A stretch of 64,000 bases of DNA from Nemertoderma westbladi (GCA_032718475.1 JAUCBJ010006695.1:62001-126000), one strand, 5' to 3'; shown: positions 1-13,830, counted from the first letter of the stretch. Notes: generated by a model not told the origin, from the letters alone. A program made the numbers and translations.

Positions 1-3000
1 TTAGTATTAGATTGTAGAGCTAAGGAGGTTAGTATTAGATTGTAGAGCTAATAGAGGTTAGTATTAGATTGTAGAGCTATCGTGGATAGGTTAGTATTAG
101 ATTGTAGAGCTAAGAGAGGTTAGTATTAGATTGTAGAGCTAAGAGAGGTTAGTATTAGATTGTAGAGCTAAGAGAGGTTAGTATTAGATTGTAGAGCTAA
201 GAGATGTTAGTATTAGATTGTAGAGCTAAGAGAGGTTAGTATTCGATTGTAGAGCTATCGCGGAGAGGTTAGTATTAGATTGTAGAGCTACGAGAGGTTA
301 GTATTAGATTGTAGAGCTAAGGAGGTTAGTATTAGATTGTAGAGCTAAGAGAGGTTAATATTAGATTGTAGAGCTAAGAGAGGTTAGTATTAGATTGTAG
401 AGCTAAGGAGGTTAGTATTAGATTGTAAGGCTAAGAGAGGTTAATATTAGATTGTAGAGCTATCGCGGAGAGGTTAGTATTAGATTGTAGAGCTAAGAGA
501 GGTTAGTATTAGATTGTAGAGCTAAGAGAGGTTAGTATTAGATTGTAGAGCTAAGAGAGGTTAGTATTCGATTGTAGAGCTATCGCGGAGAGGTTAGTAT
601 TAGATTGTAGAGCTAAGGAGGTTAGTATTACATTGTAGAGCTAAGAGAGGTTAGGTTAGTATTAGATTGTAGAGCTATCTCGGAGAGGTTAGTATTAGAT
701 TGTAGAGCTAAGAGAGGTTAGTATTAGATTGTAGAGCTAAGAGAGGTTAGTATTAGATTGTAGAGCTAAGAGAGGTTAGGTTAGTATTAGATTGTAGAGC
801 TATCTCGGAGAGGTTAGTATTAGATTGTGAGGTTAGTATTAGATTGTAGAGCTAAGAGAGGTTAGTATTAGATTGTAGAGCTAAGAGAGGTTAGGTTAGT
901 ATTAGATTGTAGAGCTATCTCGGAGAGGTTAGTATTAGATTGTAGAGCTATCGCGGAGAGGTTAGTATTAGATTGTAGAGCTAAGAGAGGTTAGTATTAG
1001 ATTGTAGAGCTAAGAGAGGTTAGTATTAGATTGTAGAACTATCTCGGAGAGGTTAGTATTAGATTGTGGAGCTATCTCGGAGAGGTTAGTATTAGATTGT
1101 AGAGCTAAGAGAGGTTAGTATTAGATTGTAGAGCTATCGCGGAGAGGTTAGTATTAGATTGTAGAGCTAAGAGAGGTTAGTATTAGATTGTAGAGCTAAG
1201 GGAGGTTAGTATTAGATTGTAGAGCTAAGAGAGGTTAGTATTAGATTGTAGAGCTAAGAGAGGTTAGTATTAGATTGTAGAGCTAAGGAGGTTAGTATTA
1301 GATTGTAGAGCTAAGAGAGGTTAATATTAGATTGTAGAGCTATCGCGGAGAGGTTAGTATTAGATTGTAGAGCTAAGAGAGGTTAGTATTAGATTGTAGA
1401 GCAGGTTAGTATTCGATTGTAGAGCTATCGCGGAGAGGTTAGTATTAGATTGTAGAGCCAAGGAGGTTAGTATTACATTGTAGAGCTAAGAGAGGTTAGT
1501 ATTAGATTGTAGAGCTATCGTGGATAGGTTAGTATTAGATTGTAGAGCTAAGAGAGGTTAGTATTAGATTGTAGAGCTAAGAGAGGTTAGTATTAGATTG
1601 TGAGGTTAGTATTAGATTGTATAGCTAAGGAGGTTAGTATTAGATTGTAGAGCTAAGAGAGGTTAGTATTAGATTGTAGAGCTATCGCGGAGAGGTTAGT
1701 ATTAGATTGTAGAGCTAAGGAGGTTAGTATTACATTGTAGAGCTAAGAGAGGTTAGTATTAGATTGTAGAGCTATCGTGGATAGGTTAGTATTAGATTGT
1801 AGAGCTAAGGAGGTTAGTATTACATTGTAGAGCTAATAGAGGTTAGTATTAGATTGTAGAGCTATCGTGGATAGGTTAGTATTAGATTGTAGAGCTAAGA
1901 GAGGTTAGTATTAGATTGTAGAGCTAAGAGAGGTTAGTATTAGATTGTGAGGTTAGTATTAGATTGTAGAGCTAAGGAGGTTAGTATTAGATTGTAGAGC
2001 TAATAGAGGTTAGTATTAGATTGTAGAGCTATCGTGGATAGGTTAGTATTAGATTGTAGAGCTAAGGAGGTTAGTATTACATTGTAGAGCTAAGAGAGGT
2101 TAGTATTAGATTGTAGAGCTATCGTGGATAGGTTAGTATTAGATTGTAGAGCTAAGGAGGTTAGTATTACATTGTAGAGCTAAGAGAGGTTAGTATTAGA
2201 TTGTAGAGCTATCGTGGATAGGTTAGTATTAGATTGTAGAGCTAAGGAGGTTAGTATTACATTGTAGAGCTAATAGAGGTTAGTATTAGATTGTAGAGCT
2301 ATCGTGGATAGGTTAGTATTAGATTGTAGAGCTAAGAGAGGTTAGTATTAGATTGTAGAGCTAAGAGAGGTTAGTATTAGATTGTGAGGTTAGTATTAGA
2401 TTGTAGAGCTAAGGAGGTTAGTATTAGATTGTAGAGCTAATAGAGGTTAGTATTAGATTGTAGAGCTATCGTGGATAGGTTAGTATTAGATTGTAGAGCT
2501 AAGAGAGGTTAGTATTAGATTGTAGAGCTAAGAGAGGTTAGTATTAGATTGTAGAGCTAAGAGAGGTTAGTATTAGATTGTAGAGCTAAGAGATGTTAGT
2601 ATTAGATTGTAGAGCTAAGAGAGGTTAGTATTCGATTGTAGAGCTATCGCGGAGAGGTTAGTATTAGATTGTAGAGCTACGAGAGGTTAGTATTAGATTG
2701 TAGAGCTAAGGAGGTTAGTATTAGATTGTAGAGCTAAGAGAGGTTAATATTAGATTGTAGAGCTAAGAGAGGTTAGTATTAGATTGTAGAGCTAAGGAGG
2801 TTAGTATTAGATTGTAGAGCTAAGAGAGGTTAATATTAGATTGTAGAGCTATCGCGGAGAGGTTAGTATTAGATTGTAGAGCTAAGAGAGGTTAGTATTA
2901 GATTGTAGAGCTAAGAGAGGTTAGTATTAGATTGTAGAGCTAAGAGAGGTTAGTATTCGATTGTAGAGCTATCGCGGAGAGGTTAGTATTAGATTGTAGA

Positions 3001-3771
3001 GCTAAGGAGGTTAGTATTACATTGTAGAGCTAAGAGAGGTTAGGTTAGTATTAGATTGTAGAGCTATCTCGGAGAGGTTAGTATTAGATTGTAGAGCTAA
3101 GAGAGGTTAGTATTAGATTGTAGAGCTAAGAGAGGTTAGTATTAGATTGTAGAGCTAAGAGAGGTTAGGTTAGTATTAGATTGTAGAGCTATCTCGGAGA
3201 GGTTAGTATTAGATTGTGAGGTTAGTATTAGATTGTAGAGCTAAGAGAGGTTAGTATTAGATTGTAGAGCTAAGAGAGGTTAGGTTAGTATTAGATTGTA
3301 GAGCTATCTCGGAGAGGTTAGTATTAGATTGTAGAGCTATCACGGAGAGGTTAGTATTAGATTGTAGAGCTAAGAGAGGTTAGTATTAGATTGTAGAGCT
3401 AAGAGAGGTTAGTATTAGATTGTAGAGCTAAGAGAGGTTAGGTTAGTTTTAGATTGTAGAGCTATCTCGGAGAGGTTAGTATTAGATTGTAGAGCTATCA
3501 CGGAGAGGTTAGTATTAGATTGTAGAGCTAAGAGAGGTTAGTATTAGATTGTAGAGCTAAGAGAGGTTAGTATTAGATTGTAGAGCTAAGAGAGGTTAGG
3601 TTAGTTTTAGATTGTAGAGCTATCTCGGAGAGGTTAGTATTAGATTGTAGAGCTATCTCGGAGAGGTTAGTATTAGATTGTAGAGCTAAGATAGGTTAGT
3701 ATTAGATTGTAGAGCTATCTCGGAGAGGTTAGTATTAGATTGTAGAGCTAAGATAGGTTAGTATTAGATTG
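1..3771. repeat. Satellite/minisatellite array, ~29-bp unit GAGGTTAGTATTAGATTGTAGAGCTAAGA with length variants; runs off the window start
   Basis: Over 100 tandem near-identical units visible directly; variants include ...GCTAAGGAGG, ...GCTATCGCGGAGAGG and ...GCTATCGTGGATAGG. Confidence 0.97.
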
Positions 3772-4354
3772 CATACAGTATCTTCAATATCTAGGTGCTA
3801 TTTACAGCAAACGATAAAGTGGTATTGTTTTATATCTCCTACCTTTATTTCACGGGAAACATTTTTGCCTTAATGAATTCTTTTGGTTTATTTATTATTT
3901 GGGGGATTTATCATGTAATTGTTGACTCCAATTCCAGATGAAGACGTACCATCGAACGCATATCCCCAATCTCCATACCACGGTGTTCAGCGGCAGACAC
4001 ATAACCATCGAATCAACGCCTTTACATCTAATCAACCGGCCCACTGACGTCACTAAATCTACCCAGTTTGTTTAGATTCTTCGCAAACATACACTCTTTC
4101 GATGGAATCAAATGCCACAAAACAAAACCCACATATTATATATAAAAAATAAGTAATTAACTATTAGTAATTATTAACTATTAACATCAACAATAAGTAT
4201 TTACCTAAAGTAGGGGCGACACAATAATTATTTTGTATTTATTTATTTTCTGTAAATAATAAATAGGATAATATTAACATTGGATTTATTATTATACACC
4301 ATGAACCGTAATATATAGTGTCATTTTCTGATGACACGGACCCCCCCCCCAAAT

Positions 4355-4740
4355 TTTTCTACAAATCTTTATCATATTGCTCGAAATTTGAAACACATCT
4401 AGTTCCACTCACCGTCGTTGACCCCATGAAGCCGGAATTTTCGATTTTGCGTTTAAATTTTTTTATAAGCATTTTAAAAAAGTGTCTTTTGAGAAATTGC
4501 ACCCTGCTTATCGTGGCCATTCTTCACATTAGTCTTAATTATTTCATATCAATAGAAAGCTTACGTTGCAAGGATTCCAAATATGTAACAATATCTGAAT
4601 TTCGTTGAGAAACAGCTGAGATCGAAAATTTCAAAACAATTTAAATTGCAAAATCGAAAATTCCGGCTTCATGGGGTCAACGACCGACGGTGAGTTGAAC
4701 TAGTTGTGTTTCAAGCAATATGATAAAGATTTGTAGAAAT
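4355..4740. mobile_element. MITE-like/foldback fragment with ~95-bp imperfect inverted repeats
   Basis: 4355-4450 (TTTCTACAAATCTTTATCATATTGC...CCCCATGAAGCCGGAATTTTCGATTTTGC) is the near reverse complement of 4648-4740. No TSD identified. Confidence 0.6.
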
Positions 4741-4796
4741 CTATAACTGGGAGAATTGACAGATTTACATAATTCATATGCATATATTGTATTCGT

Positions 4797-5220
4797 GGGG
4801 GGCGAGCGACGAAAGTAAGCGTTCTTAGCATACAGGTACCACTAACTCAATCGGTGTGTCTACTAGTACTAGTTTTTTATTTAGTACTTAGTTTACAGCA
4901 TTTTTAAGAATGCTGTGCCGGCTTGTCGACAAACTTGCGCCGCCACAACTCCCTATCACCCATGACATTTGCTATCGGTGTGTCTGTTGCACTGTTGATC
5001 TGTTGTGTCCAATTTTAAACGTTAATAACTCAGCCAAATCTCGATAAAATATATCCAAACTTGGTACATAGGTAGTCTGGCAAAAGTTTAGAAATTTTCC
5101 CAGTTGAATTTGCGTGGGATCTTCGTGCTGCATCTGTGTAACTGTCTTGCAGTTATAATAATTTATCTATCCAAAAATTATTAGGCTTGACATCAGCTGG
5201 TTGCTAGGAGACTGCAGGAT
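4797..5220. repeat. Dispersed repeat; second copy in inverted orientation at 46510-46817
   Basis: GGCGAGCGACGAAAGTAAGCG...GGTACCACTAACTCAATCGGTGTGTC and ...CATCAGCTGGTTGCTAGGAGACT match the reverse complement of 46510-46817. Confidence 0.85.
4862..4973 (-). mobile_element. 112-bp 3' stub of an RTE-like LINE
   Basis: 12-bp TSD ATCGGTGTGTCT at 4850-4861 and 4974-4985. The minus strand reads ANVMGDRELWRRKFVDKPAQHS*, resembling the RTE C-terminal M-x-D/N-R-x-x-W motif, followed by AATAAA and a TAG-like tail. The empty site is present in the 46.7-kb copy. Confidence 0.7.
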
Positions 5221-5226
5221 ATATCA

Positions 5227-8136
5227 CTACTACTACTACTAGGTCGAGCGAACTCGGACAGTGGAAATGAGATCCTTCCAGGCCTCCCGATTCTCCATAG
5301 TTGTCGCAATTTCGTTTCTCCCAAGTTCAGTATCCCTTTCAAGTTGATCTATATATGTTATGGCCGGTCATCCACGACTACGCTTTCCATGAGTTGGTTG
5401 CCAGAGAAGTAGATCTGGTATGACCTCGTCTTTACTTCGCCAGCAGTGCCCACTGAATCTTAATCTGCGTTCACGGAGGGTGGTTGATACAGGTGGTATT
5501 GGACCATAAAGCTCGGCGTTTGTCATGTGTTGTCTCCAGCTGATGTTTAGGGCTGCCCTTAGTAGTCTTGTGTAGCAACCATCAATTCGTTGTTCAAGTG
5601 ATTTAGTCAGTGTCCAGGTCTCACCCCCGTATAAAAATACACTTTCCACTGTGGCTCGAAAGAACTTAGTCTTCAGGTGCCTGGAGAGATCTGATTTCCA
5701 GATGGTATCCATTTTTGATAGAGCTACCCAAGCCTTTGCTTTCCTAACTTATATGTCCTTTTTGCTACTCTCTATCCATGATCCAAGGTACTGGAAGTCA
5801 TCGACCTTCCTTAGTTGATTATTATCAATGGTTGTCAAGTTCCCATCAACATTAAAGGTCATGAATTCGGTCTTTTGTAGCATTTATGTGCAATCCAACC
5901 TCCTTAGCAGCCCTCTCCACTTTATTTAGTAGAAGCTGTGCATCTGCTAGCGTATTAGAGAGCAGGGCGATGTCATCCGCAAAGTCGGTGTCTGTGACTG
6001 TAGTTGCCGGATATCTACTACTTCTGCGTTCTTGAAGTGTGAATCCCAGATCTTCACCCTTTGTGGCCGTCCTCATTGCGTAATCCAGCACAATTACAAA
6101 TAGTAATGGTGCTAATGTGTCACCTTGCAGTACGCCAGCCAGGATTGAGAAAAACTCAGTTTCACCATCTGGTGAGAGTACCTGCGCTTCTGTGTCACAA
6201 TATAACAATCCAATGCCAGCAACAATTACTTCTGGTATTCCATAAGCTCTTAGGATTTCAAGCATTTTACCTCTATGGATGGAGTCGAATGCCTTCTTGA
6301 AGTCCACAAAAGTCATGACTGCCGGGAGATTCTTTGACTTAATTCCTTCAATCAGTCTCCGTAGTGCAAGTATCTGAGCTATTGTTGATCTACTTGGTCG
6401 AAATCCGTTTTGGCTCTTCGCAGTAGTTTCTCTATGTGAGGCCTAATCCTATATAGAATCATTTTATTGTATATTTTGGCAGCTACCACAAGCAGACAGA
6501 TCCCACGATAGTTTGTTGGTATGCCGAGGTCTCCTTTCTTGGGGAGAGGCTTTAGTTGACCTTTAGTCCAAATTGGTGGTGGCTTTTCCCCTTTTAACAT
6601 CCGGTTGCAAACATTCAATAATGGTCTGTTTAGCACTCCGGTTTTCCATACCTCCGCTGGGATTTCATCAAATCCACTCGCTTTATTATTGGACATGCTT
6701 TTAATGCTTCTTTGGAGTTCGGCAGGTGTGAAGTCCCCTGTTTCTATAGGTAGTGTCTTGTCATATATTTTCCTTGTAGGGCTGACCTCGATGTTTGGTG
6801 GCTGCCCAAGCAAGTTGCTGAAGTGATTTTTCCACTTCCCAACACGTTCTTCAGGACTATCGGCTTTGAGGTGCCCCTTTGCACAACTTTTCCGACCAGA
6901 TACCTCATTTACAGTTTGCCAGGTAAGTCTTGATTGTTGCTGTATGTGAGCAGTTGTAATTGCTTCAGTTTTATCCTGTATGTACTTTTCCTGGCTGATG
7001 TTGTAGGCCAATTTAAGATCGCCCTTAGCTTTCTCAACCTTGTTAATGTTTTCGGTTGTTGGTTGTTCGGTTTTAACTTTGTAGGCTATCTTAAGATCTT
7101 CTCTCTTACAAGTAACCTCAGAGTTTTGCCATGGCACATACTGTTTTCGTTTGGGTTTCTGGGGGATATGCCTCTTAGCTGATTCCTTGTGGGCTGTTAT
7201 TATATTCTGGTATATTGAATCGGTGGATTGGTCTTCATCCATTGACTGAAGTGCTTCAAAGCGGTTTTGAACTTCTACTGTATAAGCATCCTTTACAGCA
7301 TTGTCAGTTCTGAGTTTCTCCCAGTCATAGTTGATTTGCTTGCTTGTCCTGGGTTTGCTGGCTCTCAAACTGAGTCTTATCTCTGCAGTCACAATTCTGT
7401 GGTCCGAACCAATTAGGTTGAACGAGCTGTATGCCTCGCAGTTGACCATGCTGTTTCTCCACTTTTTGTTTATAAGGATGTAATCCAGTTGTGCTTTGGT
7501 TCCATTAGGGTATTGAAAGGTCCATAGCTTCCCCTTACTCTTTTCGAATGTGTTGTTTGTTGGTATCAATTCACATTCTTCCATTAGGTCTAAAAGTTAG
7601 TACCCATTTCTGTTAGAACTGGTGTTATAGGTATAACCCTTGATGTCTTCTGGGCCAATTTGCGCATTCAGGTCACCAGCTGACTTTAACATTGTGTCTC
7701 GGAATGTCCTTTATAAGTCCAGTCAGTTCTTCATAAAACTTGACTGCTTGTTCTGGCTCTGAGGCATTGGTTGGACTGTAGCAACATATAACTGTTGCCT
7801 TGGGATTCCCATCAAATGTTGCGATCATAACCCTGGAATTTATAGATTCGATGTTGTTTAGGGTCTTAAGTGCAAATGGGCTTAGCAGAATTCCTACTCC
7901 ACCAATTGATGCATTGGCCGAGTTTCTTACTGCTGAGCTTGTTACTAACGTCCATCCATTTCCAATGTCATTGTACTTCATGGCAGTGTCTTCATGACAA
8001 ATCCGATGTCATCTTGGATGCAGATGATGTCGATGTTATATTCCATTGCCAGAGCGACCATGTCACCCTGTTTGGTATGTGCTTTCAGCGTGCGTGCGTT
8101 CATTGTAGCAATCTTTATTGTCTTTTTACATTTCAA
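5227..8136 (-). mobile_element. RTE-clade non-LTR retrotransposon (APE endonuclease + RT), 5'-truncated and frameshifted
   Basis: ORF pieces 7673-7981 and 6379-7584 (APE motifs GGVGILL, YSPT, LDYIL, SDHR), 5852-6316 (RT motifs DFKKAFDSI, GVLQGD, FADD) and 5368-5712. Stop codon runs into a (TAG)n tail. 12-bp TSD CAGGATATATCA at 5215-5226 and 8137-8148. Confidence 0.93.
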
Positions 8137-8966
8137 CAGGATATATCAAGTGGGTTTGAAATTCAGCAATACCGGTACAATGCAGCAATAATGTGGCCTT
8201 GGGAAGTGTGGTAGGCCTATTTCACCGTGGAGTCCTGCAATTGCCTGAGTGATGTCCAGATGTCTGAATTGCGATATCGCGACTATTCAGCCATATCATG
8301 TACCGGTACGGTACGGTTCTTTACCGCTACCTTAATCTTATTAAACATATGTTTTACAGTATAGTACCGGTACTGTTACAGTGGTACAGAGTTACCGGTA
8401 CTGTCTTCAGGTCGTTGGCGCCACCCGCCAATCATGCTCGGGCTCGGCAACGACAACCATACAGCCATGGAAGTTTTGAAATTATTCGGACTTCAGACAG
8501 ACTGACATATTGTCAGGTTGTACCAGCTGACCTTTATTCCATGTTCCGATATCCACTACTGCACTAGGTAAACCAACAGCCCAATACTGTAATACCCAGC
8601 AACGTTTTGGAATTGTACCGGTACTCAAACAACTCGCCATCAAGGCCACCGCCTCTGTCTGTCAGTGTCTTGGCGACCTCGACTTTTGGTATCGCTACTG
8701 CGCTAGCGCTACGGGCAAACTGGACTAACCGATGAGCGAGACCCGAGGACTGAAGAATGCATTGAATTTTTTGAGTAGTTTGACTGTGGACTTCCATGAC
8801 ATCGATGCCAAGCTGCCAATGCGAAAGTTTTTTTTAAAGTAAAAGTTTGGTTAAATTTTCTTAATTATTTATTTAAATTTCTTAAGTACCGATTTTGGGA
8901 TAGATTGCTCAATTTTAATCTGTATCTAATCTATCTATCTAATCTGTATCGTCCTGCGCGATGGCG

Positions 8967-10519
8967 CGAGGAACCTTACAAATCAGTCAGTAATGTTTAA
9001 TGTATGCACGAAACAGAGCTACAAACGAGTAGGAACCTTACAAATCAGTCAGTAATGTTTAATGTATGCACGAAACAGAGCTACAAACGAGGAACCTTAC
9101 AAATCAGTCAGTAATGTTTAATGTATGCACGAAACAGAGCTACAAACGAGGAGGAACCTTACAAATCAGTCAGTAATGTTTAATGTATGCACGAAACAGA
9201 GCTACAAACGAGGAACCTTACAAATCAGTCAGTAATGTTTAATGTATGCACGAAACAGAGCTACAAACGAGGAACCTTACAAATCAGTCAGCAATATTTA
9301 ATGTATGCACGAAACAGAGCTACAAACGAGGAACCTTACAAATCAGTCAGTAATGTTTAATGTATGCACGAAACAGAGCTACAAACGAGGAACCTTACAA
9401 ATCAGTCAGTAATATTTAATGTATGCACGAAACAGAGCTACAAACGAGGAGGAACCTTACAAATCAGTCAGTAATATTTAATGTATGCACGAAACAGAGC
9501 TACAAACGAGGAGGAACCTTACAAATCAGTCAGTAATGTTTAATGTATGCACGAAACAGAGCTACAAACGAGGAACCTTACAAATCAGTCAGTAATATTT
9601 AATGTATGCACGAAACAGAGCTACAAACGAGGAGGAACCTTACAAATCAGTCAGTAATGTTTAATGTATGCACGAAACAGAGCTACAAACGAGGAACCTT
9701 ACAAATCAGTCAGTAATGTTTAATGTATGCACGAAACAGAGCTACAAACGAGTAACCTTACAAATCAGTCAGTAATGTTTAATGTATGCACGAAACAGAG
9801 CTACAAACGAGGGGGAACCTTACAAATCAGTCAGTAGTGTATGCACGAAACAGAGCTACAAACGAGGAACCTTACAAATCAGTCAGTAATGTTTAATGTA
9901 TGCACGAAACAGAGCTACAAACGAAGAGGAACCTTACAAATCAGTCAGTAATGTTTAATGTATGCACGAAACAGAGCTACAAACGAGGGGGAACCTTACA
10001 AATCAGTCAGTAATGTTTAATGTATGCACGAAACAGAGCTACAAACGAGGAGGAACCTTACAAATCAGTCAGTAATGTATGCACGAAACAGAGCTACAAA
10101 CGAGGAACCTTACAAATCAGTCAGCAATGTTTAATGTATGCACGAAACAGAGCTACAAACGAGTAACCTTACAAATCAGTCAGTAATGTTTAATGTATGC
10201 ACGAAACAGAGCTACAAACGGGGAACCTTACAAATCAGTCAGTAATGTTTAATGTATGCACGAAACAGAGCTACAAACGAGGAGGAACCTTACAAATCAG
10301 TCAGTAATGTATGCACGAAACAGAGCTACAAACGAGGAACCTTACAAATCAGTCAGCAATGTTTAATGTATGCACGAAACAGAGCTACAAACGAGTAACC
10401 TTACAAATCAGTCAGTAATGTTTAATGTATGCTTGAAACAGAGCTACAAACGAAGAGGAACCTTACAAATCAGTCAGTAATGTTTAATGTATGCACGAAA
10501 CAGAGCTACAAACGAGGAA
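8967..10519. repeat. Satellite, 59-62-bp unit GAGGAACCTTACAAATCAGTCAGTAATGTTTAATGTATGCACGAAACAGAGCTACAAAC, ~26 copies
   Basis: Direct tandem periodicity (e.g. 9061 vs 9120); variants carry an extra GAG or a short deletion. Confidence 0.96.
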
Positions 10520-13299
10520 GTCAGTCATGTGCTGTTGGTAGATTAACAATGAACCCTAATATTGTACTGTTGGTAGATTAACGATGAACCCAATATCAGC
10601 TACTTACAACATATTGCATATTGATATTGAATAAGCAGATTACACTGTTAACAATTGCGAGTATTGCAAATGATATATAAAATTAAAGCGTTTGCATTAA
10701 ATGATTATAAAATTCCATCAGGAATGAGACAGCGACCAGTATTATTATGAATAATAAAAGAATAAATGAATTATAGTAAAACAACACCCGACATGAGGTC
10801 AAGTCAGAAATATAACCCGAATGTATTCTTATCTTTTAGAAAAATTAAACTAACTTTTAACCTTCATACTTCAATTAAGATAATTGAAATACTCAAACAA
10901 TTTGATTAGAACTTCCTCGCAAATTTCTTTGAATTGTTTTAAAAAGTAGTGAATGCAGACATTTTTACATAGAATCAAAATTTTGTTGCGTATGAGAATC
11001 TTCTATTATGTTTTAGTTCAACAATAAAAATATCCATAATAATAATAACGCGAATGAATATGTGGGCTACTCGTAGCCATAACGAGCAATGTCAACCATT
11101 TTAATCAAAATGAAGTAAATTTTATTGTTGGACTTGGAATAAATATATATACTATCCATGAAATAAGGTTTGAGTCCATTTCTGCACCGATTTACCAACT
11201 CACAAAAGCCATGTCCATGTCCATGTCAATGTCCATGTCCATGTCCATGTCCACACTGTTGTCGTAGAATATATTTGCTAACAATGAATGATGTTTTACA
11301 TTTGAAATATAATATATTTGATAAGAATGAGACATGCCCAAAAATTCACAACGTTCGAAATTTTTTAACAATTAATTGCAATAAAATATTGATTTGGTTT
11401 GCAAAGCCGAACAAACACTTTCAATGAGATTTTCTGGAAATTACAAAATGGGAATGGCTTTTATGGCTCAGAGGGATCGTCCTGCATTGCATTATATAAT
11501 ATTCGCATTTTATAAATTTGGTTTTGACTTTTAAACTTAATCAAAGAGTTACGGACAATCAAGAAAGTGAGTGATGTTGGAAGAACTAGGGCCATATGAA
11601 GAATACCAGACTTTCTGCCGTTATATTTCACTTTGCGTTTTACCCCGTGTGAAGAATATCAGGTTTTCACCAAAAACACAGGTTACAGAAGGGCTGAATC
11701 TAACCAAAACAATAAACGAACTAGTATATGTATAGGTTATATAGATAGAAATAAGCGCTATAAAACACTATTAGCGCTATAAAGATAAATAAAAAAAAAT
11801 AAAAAATCTTCATATATAAAATTCCAATAAAAAGTCGACCGAAAAGTGAAGTCCTGGTATTCTTTCTTCTCATGGGCGAAGAACTACGTGACGTCAGCAC
11901 ATAAACTACACCCGATTGATCAGGGATGTCATTTATTAACACCTCGTGGTCGTGAGTTCTAGACCCTTGTAGTTTAAAGGACCCCCATAGTTACAGAGCC
12001 ACGTCGGTATTCAGTTTTACTACAAACTTGTTTGGAATCTCGAGGTTATGACTTCAACTGTCTCACAATGTTTCTACGTTATTATTATCTTCCTCAGAAA
12101 TCTGTAATATAGAAAGCATACAAACAGTATGATTATACGTCTATTTTTAACATTTTATATATTTATGTGTTTAACTTAAACAATTAATTATCAATTATTA
12201 CTAATGTCATTAAATTCGTATTTAATTAAATAAAGCTTGGACAACCGACTGGCTATAGGAGAATTACGCCAATAACTCCATAGTATGTTATCTGTTTGGC
12301 TGCCTGCCGATTACAGATAAATTGTGTAAGTGAACAATAAGAGTAAGAGTAATCCAATGATCCATTTGAAATGATCCTTTTTGTCGAAAAGGGATTCGTT
12401 GATAATATTTTTAATTAATTTAATTATATTTATTTTCGTTCGTTATTAAATGCCAGTTTGACTACCATGTGGGGCTCGCGCTGTATGTTTATAGCGCGAT
12501 AAACTAAAAAAAACATATAAATGTGTCTCATTAAGGGAGGTGGGGGGGGGGGGGGGGGGGGGGTGTTGACTAATTAACCAAAAATTATTTTAGTATTATT
12601 TAAGAGAATTCGTTTTACCCAAATTTATTGATATTTGGTACACATGATGTATAGAATATAGGTGGATAAAAAATTTTCGAAAATTTTTCGAAATTTTACA
12701 TTTTTTACCTAATTAACATAATTTATAGAAAAAAATTTTAAAATGCAAAGGCTCTTAGAGAGATGGTCATCAAGTCCTCAAAATTTCATAATTTATGCAG
12801 AATGGCATTCTAAGTCGACCCTATGACCAGAATTTTGATAATAATGCTTTATGTTCAAAAATTATTAAAAAAAATAACAATTTTTTGGCAAAATTTTGTC
12901 AGCTTTTGTCATTTTTGAGGAAAAATTTATACATTTGGTTAAATATTTAAGCTATAGCAATGAAATTCAAAAAAGTGGTTATAGGGGGTGTTAAGCCAGA
13001 CAGCATCAGCCAGACATCATTCGAGCCAAATTTCACACGAATTCGTTCATTTTTAGAAAAGCCTTTGCATTTTGAATTCTTCAGAAAACGCATAAAGTTT
13101 ATGCTTAGGGTAATTTTGTTCATTGAAATGTTAGAATGCACACAACCTCGATGAAAATATCGTTGCAAGGGTTTTCTGGGTCGGTGATTTCATTTCCAAA
13201 GTCAGTATAGTAATTTGACAGAGTCATGTCTGTCTGTCATTGCTGTCTGTCTGTCCGTCAAAATATAACCGACAGCTGAACAGATACATAGAAAATGTG

Positions 13300-13830
13300 G
13301 ATGACATCAAACACGAAAACTGACATTGAAAATGAAATCACCAACCATGAAAACCCCCAAAATAAAATTTGTAGCTAGTTGGTATGCATTCCTATTACTT
13401 TGACAGACAGATCGCTGGACAGACAGAAAAACCGTCAGACAGACGTAGTAGGTTTTGATAAAAGTAAAAAATGAAGTCGGAAATGAAATCATCATCTAGA
13501 ATAACCCCCATAACAAAACTTTTATCTAGTTGGAATGATTTTCTTATATTTTGACAGACAGACAGACGGACATACAGATAGACCGACAATCAGACATAAT
13601 AGACTTCACTAAAAATGAAAACTAACTTCGGCAATGAAATCAGCGACCAAAAAAACAAAATCAAAAAAGTTTCAGCTACGTGGTATGATGTCCTTATATT
13701 TTGACAGACAGATTGTCGGACAGACTGACAGACAGACATAGGAACATAATAGTTTTCGTTAAAAGTGAAAACTGACGTTTGGAATGAAATCAGCGTCCAG
13801 GAAAACCTCCATAACATAACTTTTAGCTAG
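13300..13830. repeat. Degenerate ~150-bp tandem repeat with (GACA)n microsatellite, resembling internal arrays of DINE-1/HINE-type non-autonomous elements
   Basis: Recurring AATGAAATCA...TAGCTAGTTGG...TTTTGACAGACAGA motif about 3.5 times; the family assignment is inference. Confidence 0.5.

Noticed and set aside
1-3771. Telomeric repeat (TTAGG/TTAGGG-like words)
   Set aside because: Only isolated GGTTAG(G) words within a longer unit; no pure telomeric tract.
4328-4345. Other CTGATGA hammerhead-core words (also ~60818)
   Set aside because: No stem II followed by GAAA and no stem I pairing.
8967-10519. CRISPR-like appearance of the regular arrays (also 1-3771 and 16685-19070)
   Set aside because: Units are contiguous with no unique spacers, there are no cas genes and the context is eukaryotic; these are satellites.
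12538-12563. Poly-G/poly-C tracts (also ~14367, ~34630, ~53286, ~60688)
   Set aside because: Simple homopolymers of uncertain length; no further structure supportable.
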